Of a DNA stretch of 64,000 nucleotides, positions 39,858 to 49,269 are shown piece by piece (position 1 is the stretch's first letter; the number at the start of each line of letters is the position of its first letter). A program made the translations under genes and the position numbers. Below the pieces are notes generated by a model. The model was not told where the DNA came from. It was given only the letters and a program-made list of their open reading frames with translations, and did not search any database. The DNA lies in NCBI GenBank assembly GCA_041662665.1, contig JBAZSC010000001.1, positions 577,511 to 641,510 on the forward strand, given 5' to 3'. The DNA comes from Patescibacteria group bacterium (GTDB taxonomy: Bacteria > Patescibacteriota > JABMPQ01 > JAQVVF01).

Positions 39858-42137
39858 ATGAAAAAAATAGTCGCGATTCTAACATTTTTCTTCATCTGTT
39901 GCATTTCTCAAAACGCAAATGCAGCTTATGGAGATGTCACAACATGGCTTAGCAGAATTTATACAGGCGATGGTGGACAACCTAGACAAGCATATTTAGA
40001 CTTTTGTGAAGATGTCTTATTTGATAAAGGTGGCAATATGATAATTGCCGATACCTATAACAATGTTATCAGAAAAACAAACAGCAGTACGACAAAAATT
40101 ATAACTTTAGCAGGTACAGGATCATATGGAGAACGAGATGGAAAAGCCAACCAAGCAGAATTTGGACAACCTCGTGGCCTTGCATTATCAGGAAGTACAA
40201 CTTTTGTTGCAGATACTTGGAATCATAAAATAAGAAAAATATCTAATGGCAATGTTACTACAATAGTTGATGATGGATTATATTTTCCTGAAGGTGTTGA
40301 AGTTTATGGATCAACTCTTTATATAGCTGATACAGGACATGGATCAATTAAAAAAACATCTCTCAATGGGGGAAAAGTAACAACGCTCATAAGCGGAAAA
40401 GGATTAATTGCGCCTGTTAAACTTAGAGCTGATTTAACTGGTAAAAATCTTTATGTTGCAGATATAGAAGCGCATAAATTATTTAAAATTAGCACTTCAA
40501 ATGGCACAATTGAAACAATTGCCGGAAGTACAGAAGGATACAAAGATGCGACAGGAACAAATGCAAAATTTCGTTTTTTAGCAGGTGTTGTTTTGGATGA
40601 AATACAAAACAGCCTTTTTGTAACAGATGGCAATGGCTCAACTGATTATGTCAGAAAAATAAATTTAGCTACCAGAGAAGCTACCACAATCGCAACTGAT
40701 CCAATTATGGTTACTCTTAATTATCCAAAAGGTCTAGACATTAAAGGAAATTACATTTTTGTCGCCAATTCTGGCATCAGTTCAATACAAAGAATACATC
40801 GCTATACTGGAGTAACATTGCAAGATGGCGATCGTGTTGCTGGTAAAAAACGATTCGAAAACGATTTTGGAAAAAGAACACGCTCATTGGTGGGTCGTCC
40901 AAACGACATGATATATTCACTAAAGAAAAAGAATATTTATGTTGCTGAAAATAATTTAATTAGAAAAATTAGGGTAAAAGATCGTTTCACGAAACACGTA
41001 GTTGGAAGTGTTGTTGATGCATATAAAGAGGGTATTGGCTCAGCTGCACGATTTAGTAGTATTTCATCAATTATTTTAGATAAAACTGGCAAATACCTAT
41101 ATCTTACAGACCGTTGGAATAATAGGATTAGAAGAGTCAATTTAGCAACACAAGAAACAGAATTAGTCTCAGGCAGCGGCGAAAAAGACTGTACAGGACA
41201 ATGTAATGGCTATGAAGAAGGCTCAAAAAATACAGCTCATTTTAGCAATCCTTCAGGAATCACTATTTCTCCTGATAATAAATATCTATACGTTACAGAC
41301 ACATCTAATAATCGAATTAGAAGAGTGGAAATATCAACTGGAGAAACATCATTTATAGCTGGCTCTGGAGAATCAACCTATGCAGATGGAATCGGCAAAA
41401 CTGCATCATTCAACCGTCCTTATGCCATTACAATAAACAAGGCTGGAACAAAACTTTATGTCGCAGATTCATACAATAACAGAATCAGAGAAATCGATAT
41501 AGCTTCAAAAAAAGTAACAACATTAGCTGGCAATAATATCCGTGGCTATCGTGATGGTTATAGAACAGATGCTTCATTTTCAACACCAAACTATGTCAAA
41601 ATGGGGAGCGATAATTTTTTATATACAACAGAAGCTGGTACTCATACAGTTCGAGTCATTGATCCAAGAAATGGTTTAGTTAAAACAATCACCGGCACAG
41701 ATACAAGAGGCTTTCAAAACGGAGATAGATATCACACTGAATTCAATAACCCATCAGGCATCTTGCTTAGACCAAAAAAAGGAAAATTATACGTTGCCGA
41801 CACCTGGAATGATTTAATTAGAAAGGTTGACATCACAGGTTCTCACAAATTTTACGAAAAAGCTCCAGTTGTCACAGGAATTTTACCAACAAATCGTTAT
41901 CCATATTCAGGAAATCCGAGTGAAACAAAATATCTTGATGTCACAGGTTTTAATTTTATGTCAGCTGCAACAGCATATTTTGGATCCTTCAAAGCCAATA
42001 AAACATATTTCAAAAATTCAACTGCTTTGACAGCTGTCATTCCATTCGGTAAAATGCCAAAAGGTACCTATGATGTTAAAGTTGTAAATATTGATGGCCA
42101 GGAATATACCAAAAAGGGTGCATTCGTTATTGAATAA
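39858..42137 (+). CDS. secreted NHL-repeat beta-propeller protein with a C-terminal IPT/TIG-like domain
   Basis: Has a signal peptide and at least 8 NHL-like units (YNNVIRKTN, WNHKIRKIS, WNNRIRRVN, SNNRIRRVE, YNNRIREID, WNDLIRKVD). The C-terminal Ig-like tail is VKVVNIDGQEYT. Confidence 0.75.
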   Translation: MKKIVAILTFFFICCISQNANAAYGDVTTWLSRIYTGDGGQPRQAYLDFCEDVLFDKGGNMIIADTYNNVIRKTNSSTTKIITLAGTGSYGERDGKANQAEFGQPRGLALSGSTTFVADTWNHKIRKISNGNVTTIVDDGLYFPEGVEVYGSTLYIADTGHGSIKKTSLNGGKVTTLISGKGLIAPVKLRADLTGKNLYVADIEAHKLFKISTSNGTIETIAGSTEGYKDATGTNAKFRFLAGVVLDEIQNSLFVTDGNGSTDYVRKINLATREATTIATDPIMVTLNYPKGLDIKGNYIFVANSGISSIQRIHRYTGVTLQDGDRVAGKKRFENDFGKRTRSLVGRPNDMIYSLKKKNIYVAENNLIRKIRVKDRFTKHVVGSVVDAYKEGIGSAARFSSISSIILDKTGKYLYLTDRWNNRIRRVNLATQETELVSGSGEKDCTGQCNGYEEGSKNTAHFSNPSGITISPDNKYLYVTDTSNNRIRRVEISTGETSFIAGSGESTYADGIGKTASFNRPYAITINKAGTKLYVADSYNNRIREIDIASKKVTTLAGNNIRGYRDGYRTDASFSTPNYVKMGSDNFLYTTEAGTHTVRVIDPRNGLVKTITGTDTRGFQNGDRYHTEFNNPSGILLRPKKGKLYVADTWNDLIRKVDITGSHKFYEKAPVVTGILPTNRYPYSGNPSETKYLDVTGFNFMSAATAYFGSFKANKTYFKNSTALTAVIPFGKMPKGTYDVKVVNIDGQEYTKKGAFVIE

Positions 42138-42138
42138 G

Positions 42139-42186
42139 AATTCGAAAAGTAATTCGCAATATTCGAAAATTTATTTGAGTAATATT
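42139..42186 (+). repeat. 4 x ATTCGAAA-family element (intergenic copy)
   Basis: gaattcgaaaagta attcgcaatat tcgaaaattta tttgagtaatatt. Confidence 0.8.
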
Positions 42187-43392
42187 ATGAAGTACAACGT
42201 TATTATGTTTAACATGTCAGAATTCCGAGAATGGAAATCTGGCATTGTTAATCGAAATTATCATATTTTACATAATCTATTAGAAAAGGATCAAATCAAC
42301 AAAATATTTGCTGTCGATTTTTTGCCTTACACAAAAAAACGCGCTTTAAAAATTTTAATGCGTTCAATATTAAAATCACCTGGTGGCAAAAGAATTCATT
42401 TTGACTTAACTTCAAGATTAACAAAAATTAGTGATAAGCTTTACGTTTATTCAACAATAGATTCAATATTTAGCGAACAAAAAGTTTACAAAAAAATAAA
42501 CAAACTGATTAACAAGTATGATCTTTTTAACAATTTAACAGTTAAGCAATCAAACAATTTATTAGTTTGGTCATATTTTCCAATGTTTTCTGGCTATTTT
42601 AACTATTTTAAAAATTCGAAAATTAATTCGCAAAAATTCGAAAAAGAATTCGAGTGCGTCAGCGTCTTTGATACAGTTGATAATTGGATGGAGCATCCAA
42701 ACTTTACTAATTATAAAGACAGAATCAAAAATAATTATGAAATAATTTCTAAAGAATCAGATTATATTTTTACAGTTTCCAAAGATTTGCTTAACATTTT
42801 TCCAAACGCCAAAAATAAAGAATGGATTCCAAATGGCGTTGATCTAGAACATTTTAATAAAAAATCTGACAAAACAATAATCCATGCTGGTCATCCAATT
42901 ATCGGCTATGTTGGTACAATTGAAAAAAGATTGGATTTTGAATTGATAAAATATTTAAGCCTAAAAAATCCAGAAAAATCAATTGTTTTAATTGGCCCAG
43001 TTTGGAAAAACGCTCAAGTTGATGAACTAAAATCACAAAACAATATTCATTTTCTGGGCAGAAAATCATATTCAGAACTTCCATATTATATTAATGAGTT
43101 TGATGTTTGTATCATTCCTCACAAAATTGACAAATTCACAAAATCAATGAATCCATTAAAACTTTATGAATATTTGGCTTGTGGCAAACCAATTGTTACA
43201 ACCAAAGTTTCTGGCATCGAAAAGTTCCAAGAATTAATTTACACAGCTAAAACAAAAGAAGAATTCAATGAAAAAATAAGTCAAGCTTTATCAGAAAATA
43301 GTAAAGAGAAAATCGAAAGCAGAAAAAATGCAGTTCAAGATGAAAATTGGAAAAACAGAGTTAATCAAATGTTAGAAACAATCTCAAAATAA
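42187..43392 (+). CDS. GT1/GT4-family glycosyltransferase carrying an in-frame ATTCGAAA element (NSKINSQKFEKEFE)
   Basis: Start trimmed to the ATG at 42187; the track's N-terminal extension reads through the repeat element. The C-terminal domain has YVGTIEKRLDFELI...YEYLACGKPIVTT. Confidence 0.7.
   Translation: MKYNVIMFNMSEFREWKSGIVNRNYHILHNLLEKDQINKIFAVDFLPYTKKRALKILMRSILKSPGGKRIHFDLTSRLTKISDKLYVYSTIDSIFSEQKVYKKINKLINKYDLFNNLTVKQSNNLLVWSYFPMFSGYFNYFKNSKINSQKFEKEFECVSVFDTVDNWMEHPNFTNYKDRIKNNYEIISKESDYIFTVSKDLLNIFPNAKNKEWIPNGVDLEHFNKKSDKTIIHAGHPIIGYVGTIEKRLDFELIKYLSLKNPEKSIVLIGPVWKNAQVDELKSQNNIHFLGRKSYSELPYYINEFDVCIIPHKIDKFTKSMNPLKLYEYLACGKPIVTTKVSGIEKFQELIYTAKTKEEFNEKISQALSENSKEKIESRKNAVQDENWKNRVNQMLETISK
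42613..42656 (+). repeat. 4 x ATTCGAAA-family element inserted in-frame within the GT coding sequence
   Basis: aattcgaaaatta attcgcaaaa attcgaaaaag aattcgagtg. Confidence 0.8.
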
Positions 43393-43513
43393 AACGCTCC
43401 GAAACTTGGTTTCCTGTGTTAATATTCACAGCCATTATAAATAAATTAGACTTAAATAAAATTTGCATATTTAGAAAATTAGTACGAAACCGAGTTTCTT
43501 AAGATAATTCACA

Positions 43514-45475
43514 ATGAAACATTTCAAAAAATATTTATTCCCAATTCTTATAATCGCAATAGCGTTTCTTTTTTATTTTCCTTCTCTTAATGACAATTTT
43601 TTGTCAGACGATTATGATCATTTAATGTTTGCCAGATCGGTTGATAATGTAAAAATGATTCCGGGCATCTTCAAGATTCCAGGCGATATGTATCGACCAG
43701 TCATGAATTTATCAATTGTCATTGATTATTTAATTTATCATTACCATCCAACAGGCTTCCATTTTACAAGTTTATTATTATTTATTTTGTCTGCACTCTT
43801 AATTTATGCAATTGTCAAAAAGATTTCTAAAAATAGCTTAATGTCTTTTTTTGCTAGCTTAATTTTTATTGTCATTCCAAATCATTTCGAAACAACAATT
43901 TGGATCGCTGGCCGAACAGATTTGCTTGCTTGTTTTTTCTATTTATTAACAATTTATTTATTTATCCAATTTATTTTTAAAGAAAAATATTCTTGGCTCA
44001 TTTTATCTTATTTAGCTGCCATTCCCACATTTTTCAGTAAAGAAATTTCCATGACCTTGCCATTCACAATTGCCTTAATCTATTTAGTCTACTTAAGAAA
44101 AGAATCAAAGTTTAGCTTCAAAAAAATATTCTTGCTTTGGCTACCTTATATTGCACTTCTCATCATTTACTTAGTAATTCGTAAACAAATCGTCGGCAGT
44201 TGGATCGGAGGCTACAGATTATTTGGCGAAGTGTCTTCAACGTCTTTCTCTCCAAAAGCAATTTTATTGCCATTTTATTTTGTAAAATATCTATTTAATT
44301 TTGATTACCTTGCATCTTTTATTCCCAAATTTGCTACCAATTTTTCTGCTAATTTAGTTGCCATTTCAGGAATTGCAATTTTTTCAATTACAGCATTTTT
44401 ATTAAATTTAAAAAATCTCAAAAATCTAAAATTTTGGAAAAATATTGTCTTTTTAATTTTCATTACATATTTCGTCTCCATTCCAAATTTTTCAATTCTG
44501 CCTTCTTTGAAATTAAATTTAATGAATACTAGAGTCTTGTACATCGCCTCAATTCCAATTGCCATTTTAATCTCATATTTAATTTTTTCTACCCTCCCCA
44601 TGGGAGGGGTGGGCAAAAAGCTAAGAATAATTTTTGCATCTTTGATTTGCATTATCTTTAGCATCGGATTTTTCTTTAATTACATGCCTTGGCACAAGGC
44701 CCAAGCTAAATCAAAAATAATTCTAGATAGTATACAACAATTGCATCCAGAATTTTCCCAAATAGTTTATGCAACTTATGACAAAGAATTATTTTTCAAA
44801 AATTTGCCAGACAATATTTATGGCGCCTTTGTTTATCGCAATGGATTTCCAGAAGCTTTAAGAATTAAATTTAATAATAAAAAGATTTTCGTAAATCCAA
44901 AAGAAAAAATTGTTTGGGTTGTTAAAAATAATAAGGATGCCATTACATCTTTATGTAATTTCAAAAAAAATCCGCAGACAACTGGAATTCAAGTTTTTAA
45001 TTGGAATGACCTAGATGAAGTAAACAGATTTATTGAACAGCCAAGCATCGCCGAAAAACAAGAAAATAAAAAAATACTTAAACAACAATATTCTCAGCAA
45101 ATTCAAGAGTTTAATCAACAATTAAACAATTTAGCGCTTGAGCAATTTAACAATATAAATTCAAGTGGAAAAACAACAGCATTAAAAAGTCCTGAATTAA
45201 ATTTTCCTCCACAAATTATTGATGAATTAAGTTTTAAAATGACAGCGCAACAAAATTCTATCGCTGACTTTTTATGGCGTACAAAAAATTCAAAATTTAA
45301 CGACTTAAATAATAATATTTTACTGCCAATTAAAGCAGGGGATAATGAATACAAAATTGATTTAACAAAATGCCCAGCCTGGTTTACATCAACAACAAAT
45401 GATATCAACCAATTTGAATTAATTCCAACTGAAAAAAGACAGAAAATTAAAATAGATAATATAGAAATAAAATAA
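43514..45475 (+). CDS. GT-C family membrane glycosyltransferase (PMT/ArnT-like) carrying an in-frame REP-like insertion
   Basis: A polytopic protein with the first-loop motif FLSDDYDHLMFARS. The GC-rich palindrome at 44587..44613 encodes STLPMGGVGKK. Confidence 0.6.
   Translation: MKHFKKYLFPILIIAIAFLFYFPSLNDNFLSDDYDHLMFARSVDNVKMIPGIFKIPGDMYRPVMNLSIVIDYLIYHYHPTGFHFTSLLLFILSALLIYAIVKKISKNSLMSFFASLIFIVIPNHFETTIWIAGRTDLLACFFYLLTIYLFIQFIFKEKYSWLILSYLAAIPTFFSKEISMTLPFTIALIYLVYLRKESKFSFKKIFLLWLPYIALLIIYLVIRKQIVGSWIGGYRLFGEVSSTSFSPKAILLPFYFVKYLFNFDYLASFIPKFATNFSANLVAISGIAIFSITAFLLNLKNLKNLKFWKNIVFLIFITYFVSIPNFSILPSLKLNLMNTRVLYIASIPIAILISYLIFSTLPMGGVGKKLRIIFASLICIIFSIGFFFNYMPWHKAQAKSKIILDSIQQLHPEFSQIVYATYDKELFFKNLPDNIYGAFVYRNGFPEALRIKFNNKKIFVNPKEKIVWVVKNNKDAITSLCNFKKNPQTTGIQVFNWNDLDEVNRFIEQPSIAEKQENKKILKQQYSQQIQEFNQQLNNLALEQFNNINSSGKTTALKSPELNFPPQIIDELSFKMTAQQNSIADFLWRTKNSKFNDLNNNILLPIKAGDNEYKIDLTKCPAWFTSTTNDINQFELIPTEKRQKIKIDNIEIK
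44587..44613 (+). repeat. REP-like GC-rich palindrome (ccctccccatgggaggg), an in-frame copy
   Basis: ttctaccctccccatgggaggggtggg matches the hairpins flanking the RAYT gene. Confidence 0.75.
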
Positions 45476-45476
45476 A

Positions 45477-45498
45477 AAAATCATGTTTTCACATGATC
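45477..45498. terminator. hairpin (atcatg-ttttca-catgat) between convergent genes
   Basis: Read directly. Confidence 0.45.
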
Positions 45499-45784
45499 AA
45501 AAGTTCCATTTTATGCCTTTCTTCAACGAATCAATTCGTTTGAATGCTATTAAAATAATTATTACTGCTTCGCCTAAACCAAGAAACAAAAGACCCTCAT
45601 CCCCCTCTTTTAAATAGAAACCACCCAGTATTAACATAAAAGAAAGAAAAATCCCAAATTTCCAAAATCGTATTGAATCAAGCCAACTCTTTTTCTTAGC
45701 AAAGAAAACATATGAAATAATAATTGTACAAGAAAACATTACGATACAAAACAAACACTTTAGTATTAGCATTATTGTTTCCAT
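45497..45784 (-). CDS. small membrane protein (95 aa, 2-3 TM)
   Basis: An ORF with a hydrophobic profile, divergent from the GT2 gene. Confidence 0.4.
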   Translation of the reverse strand: METIMLILKCLFCIVMFSCTIIISYVFFAKKKSWLDSIRFWKFGIFLSFMLILGGFYLKEGDEGLLFLGLGEAVIIILIAFKRIDSLKKGIKWNF

Positions 45785-45913
45785 CCCTTCCTCCTCCTCC
45801 AGTTTCTGCTTTCAACGACAACCAAATATAGCATAAATTAAAAATAATATCAAATAATATAACAATTTATATTTATTCTAACCAAAATTATTAATATTTA
45901 ATATTCAACATTC

Positions 45914-46828
45914 ATGCTTCTCTCAATCATCATAGTCAACTGGAACACTAAAGAATTATTACGCAAATGCATTCAATCAATCATGTCAAACGCGCCTAGT
46001 TTTGATTATGAAATAATTGTCATCGACAATGCCTCAACTGATGGTTCAGCTGATATGCTAAAATATGAGCTTTCCAAAGATCAATATTTAGATCGTTTTG
46101 ATTCTGTTACCAATGCTCATGTCATTATCAATGAAAAAAACTTAGGCTTTGCAAAAGCAAACAATCAAGGAATAAAAAGAGCAAAAGGGGATTATATTTT
46201 ATTATTAAATCCAGATACCGAAGTCCAGCATAATTGTCTTCAAAGAACAGTTAATTTTTTGAATGAATTCAAAGAAGTTGGAATTTTAGGATGCAAACTT
46301 TTAAATCCAGACAGAACACTTCAACATTCAGTCAGAAAATTTCCAACTCTCATGTCTCAAGTTCTAATTCTCTTAAAACTTCATAATTTATTTCCAACCT
46401 TAAAGTCCTTACAAAATTACTTTCTTCCAAACTTTGATTACAATAAAAGCCAAGAAGTTGACCAAGTCATGGGCGCATATTTTTTAATTAACAGAAAAGT
46501 AATAGACAAAATTGGCATGCTGGATGAAAAATATTGGATCTGGTTTGAAGAAGTTGATTATTGCAAAATGGCCAAAAATGCTGGTTTTCAAGTTTATTAT
46601 TTCAAAGATGCAGAAACAATCCATCAAAAAGCCCAAGCTTTTAATCAAGTTTTAGGAATAAAAAAACAAGTTTATTTAAATAATTCACTTTTGCATTATT
46701 TCAATAAATTCCATTCACTATTTAGCGTTCTTGTAATTTTATTTTTATATCCAATAAGTTTATTTTTAGCCTTGATTGTTGATTTTGTAAAATTGTTTAT
46801 TCCCGTAAAGAAAAAAGAAAACCTTTAG
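45914..46828 (+). CDS. GT2 glycosyltransferase with a C-terminal TM segment
   Basis: Carries LSIIIVNWNTKELLRKCIQSI...IVIDNASTDGS. Confidence 0.85.
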   Translation: MLLSIIIVNWNTKELLRKCIQSIMSNAPSFDYEIIVIDNASTDGSADMLKYELSKDQYLDRFDSVTNAHVIINEKNLGFAKANNQGIKRAKGDYILLLNPDTEVQHNCLQRTVNFLNEFKEVGILGCKLLNPDRTLQHSVRKFPTLMSQVLILLKLHNLFPTLKSLQNYFLPNFDYNKSQEVDQVMGAYFLINRKVIDKIGMLDEKYWIWFEEVDYCKMAKNAGFQVYYFKDAETIHQKAQAFNQVLGIKKQVYLNNSLLHYFNKFHSLFSVLVILFLYPISLFLALIVDFVKLFIPVKKKENL

Positions 46829-46862
46829 CTTCTACCCTCCCCATGGGAGGGGTTTGTGAAAC
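46829..46862 (+). repeat. REP-like GC-rich hairpin (left flank of RAYT)
   Basis: cttctaccctccccatgggaggggtttgtgaaac contains the 17-bp perfect palindrome ccctccccatgggaggg. Confidence 0.8.
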
Positions 46863-46881
46863 AAAAATAAAACAAAAATCA

Positions 46882-47496
46882 ATGCAACAACCCCTTCCAC
46901 AAAAACAAAAAATATTTTGGCAAGATAATTCTTTTTATTTTTTAACAACCTCAACATTTCTGCATTATCCATATTTTAAAGTGCCTGAACAAAAACAAAT
47001 TGTTTTAAATAAATTCAAGCAAATCAAAGAGATTTTAAAAGTTCCTTTTCAATCACACAGCATTGCAATCAACCATTTTCATATTATGTTTTATTTAAAA
47101 TCCGGAAAAACAATGGCTCAACTAAAAAATATGTTGCACAGTGGAATATCAAGAGAATACAAAAAATTTTATCAAATCAAATGCAAAAATTTCTGGCAAA
47201 CAACAAAAATATTTTTTATTAAGGATGAAAAAATGTACTGGCAAATTATTGGATACATCAATGGCAATCTACTAAAACATCGAGAAGTTAGCAGATTTGA
47301 AGACTTAAAAGAGAATCCTTTTTCAAGCTACAAATATTATGCAGAAAAATATGGCGATGAAACAATGCAAGGATTAATTCGAAATGTTATAAATCTTGAC
47401 GAAGACAATGAAGGAACGCTTGATCTTAAACAGCTTAAATCATTAAAAACAAAGAATTTACCTCAAACCACGCAACCCTTGGCATGGCCAAGGTAG
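46882..47496 (+). mobile_element. REP-associated tyrosine transposase (RAYT, IS200/IS605 TnpA-like Y1 HUH transposase)
   Basis: Has the HUH motif HFHIM followed by MAQLKNMLHSGIS, comparable to IS200 HxHhh...KGxSS. The N-terminal YFLTTST resembles the RAYT YHVTxR block. A candidate catalytic Tyr lies in MYWQIIGYINGN. GC-rich REP-like hairpins flank it on both sides. Start trimmed to the ATG at 46882. Confidence 0.6.
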
Positions 47497-47498
47497 AA

Positions 47499-47533
47499 GT
47501 TCTACCCTGCCCACGGCAGGGGTTCGTAAAACA
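47499..47533 (+). repeat. REP-like GC-rich hairpin (right flank of RAYT)
   Basis: gttctaccctgcccacggcaggggttcgtaaaac has a 7-bp stem ccctgcc/ggcaggg and the same flanks as the left copy. Confidence 0.8.
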
Positions 47534-47541
47534 AGCAAAAA

Positions 47542-49263
47542 TCATTCAATCATTATCTTCTTAAACTCAACTGAACCCTTTTTACTTCCTACAAAATCCA
47601 ATCTAATAATCTGCACCAAATCATTTTTTCTTAAATCAAAATCAAATTCATAAGCATGAAATTTTCCATCTTTATGAATTTTTTTTATAACAGAATTACT
47701 AGACAAAAAATCCTTATCGCCAAGATATCTAAATTCAACTTTCAACTTTTTAAATTCAGTATTCTTTAATTTTAATTTTAAACATTTAACAACATTAGTA
47801 TCCAATCTCAAATTCGGATCACTTCTCAAAAATGCATCTTTCTTATTTATTTTTAAAACATAATTCTTATTTTTATTTTTCCATTTAGAATTTTTAGCAA
47901 TCCATTTTTTAGATATTAAATTATATTTTTCATCATTCGAAATTAATGGTTTATGTTCATTTGTCCAATCAATATGCAAAAAAGCATTCTTATTTAAAAA
48001 CGCTAGAATAATCAAAATCAAAACTGGCATAATAAATTTTAACTTGCCAGCAAAAATAATATTTATTGCCAAAACAAACATTAACATTGCAGAAAATAAT
48101 GCTGGCAAAAGATATCGTCCTTGTGGCTGATAATTATCTAAGCTGTAATAAAAAGTTGTCAAAAAAGCAACAATAAAAAACAAAAATATTATCAAAACAA
48201 TATTAAATTTATCTTTTTGCTTTTTCCAAATTAAAAATAAAGAAACAGGCAATAATATTGCAACTAAAATTAAAAAATATAAAAAATAATCATAATATTT
48301 TGGATCAAAACCGATATTAGCTTGTCCAAAAACACCTAAAAAATTCTTAAATAATTCATTTAGCCAAGTTACAAAATTATTAAAATTCCATAGATCTCGA
48401 TGCTGTCCTTCCCAAAATTTATTGGCAAATTTCAATCCAAAGATGTCACCAACAAAAATCAGATTTCTAAACATCCAAGCAAAGCAAACAATCAAAGCAG
48501 GCGATAAAGTAAATTTCAAATAATCTTTCCAATTGTTTCTATTTTTCCAAAATATAATTATTAAAAATAACATTGCAAATGGATACAACGTCAATTTTGT
48601 CAAAAACGCCAAACCAGCAATCACTCCACAAACGAATAAATCAAGATTAAAAAATCGTAATTCGCCAATTCGCATATTCGTATCATTTGCATAAATTCGT
48701 ATATTTGTATTATGCTTAACAACAAAATACAGCATCATCACACCCAGCAAATTAGCTAAAACATCATTATTAAGCACCCCAGAAATAAACAAAAACATTG
48801 GCCAAAAACAAAAAGCCAATGTCAAACTATAATAAATTATTCTTTCTTTGTCCGCCGTAGTCCCGCAGGCTTGTCTGCCGTAGCCGAAGCGAAGGCAGGA
48901 CGAAGGCGGATTAAACAATAACTTAGCGGTAAGAAAAGCAAAAATGACGGTTAAAACGCCAAGCAAGCTTGAAAAAAATCTTAAAATTTTTATTTCGGAA
49001 TCAATTAATATTTTATTTTTTAAGACAAGATCAATAGGCGATAAAAAAAGATAATATAATGGCGGTTGATGCGCTTCCCAAAAAGAAGTTTTATTTGTTA
49101 GAGCAGGAAAGTGATGATTATTATTTAAAAATCTGATATATTCAAAATGAGAGAACTCATCTGGTGCAGAAAACTTTTCTGTCTTAAAATTATATATATT
49201 TGCAACAATCAAAAATATCCCACACATCAGAATTAAGAAAATAGCATCAACTTTATTTTTCAT
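47542..49263 (-). CDS. GT-C family membrane glycosyltransferase (GT39 PMT-like, DE motif) carrying two in-frame repeat insertions
   Basis: The first loop has FSAPDEFSHFEYIRFL, resembling the PMT DEVHFG motif. The GC-rich insert at 48851..48910 encodes PSSCLRFGYGRQACGTTADKE. The AT-rich ATTYGYAT insert at 48655..48720 encodes NIRIYANDTNMRIGE. Confidence 0.6.
   Translation of the reverse strand: MKNKVDAIFLILMCGIFLIVANIYNFKTEKFSAPDEFSHFEYIRFLNNNHHFPALTNKTSFWEAHQPPLYYLFLSPIDLVLKNKILIDSEIKILRFFSSLLGVLTVIFAFLTAKLLFNPPSSCLRFGYGRQACGTTADKERIIYYSLTLAFCFWPMFLFISGVLNNDVLANLLGVMMLYFVVKHNTNIRIYANDTNMRIGELRFFNLDLFVCGVIAGLAFLTKLTLYPFAMLFLIIIFWKNRNNWKDYLKFTLSPALIVCFAWMFRNLIFVGDIFGLKFANKFWEGQHRDLWNFNNFVTWLNELFKNFLGVFGQANIGFDPKYYDYFLYFLILVAILLPVSLFLIWKKQKDKFNIVLIIFLFFIVAFLTTFYYSLDNYQPQGRYLLPALFSAMLMFVLAINIIFAGKLKFIMPVLILIILAFLNKNAFLHIDWTNEHKPLISNDEKYNLISKKWIAKNSKWKNKNKNYVLKINKKDAFLRSDPNLRLDTNVVKCLKLKLKNTEFKKLKVEFRYLGDKDFLSSNSVIKKIHKDGKFHAYEFDFDLRKNDLVQIIRLDFVGSKKGSVEFKKIMIE
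48851..48910 (+). repeat. GC-rich imperfect inverted repeat inserted in-frame in the GT-C gene
   Basis: tccgccgtagtcccgcaggc...gcaggacgaaggcgga; about 65% GC in a roughly 30% GC context. Confidence 0.7.
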
Positions 49264-49269
49264 AACAAA

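Noticed and set aside
42091-42186. N-terminal 32 codons of ORF 42091..43392 (MMARNIPKRVHSLLNKNSKSNSQYSKIYLSNI)
   Set aside because: This stretch overlaps the upstream gene and is simply the intergenic ATTCGAAA element read in-frame. The start was reassigned to the ATG at 42187 (MKYNVIMF).
46843-46881. Track start MGGVCETKIK for the RAYT-like gene
   Set aside because: That start lies inside the REP hairpin. The ATG at 46882 (MQQPLPQKQ) is the more plausible start.
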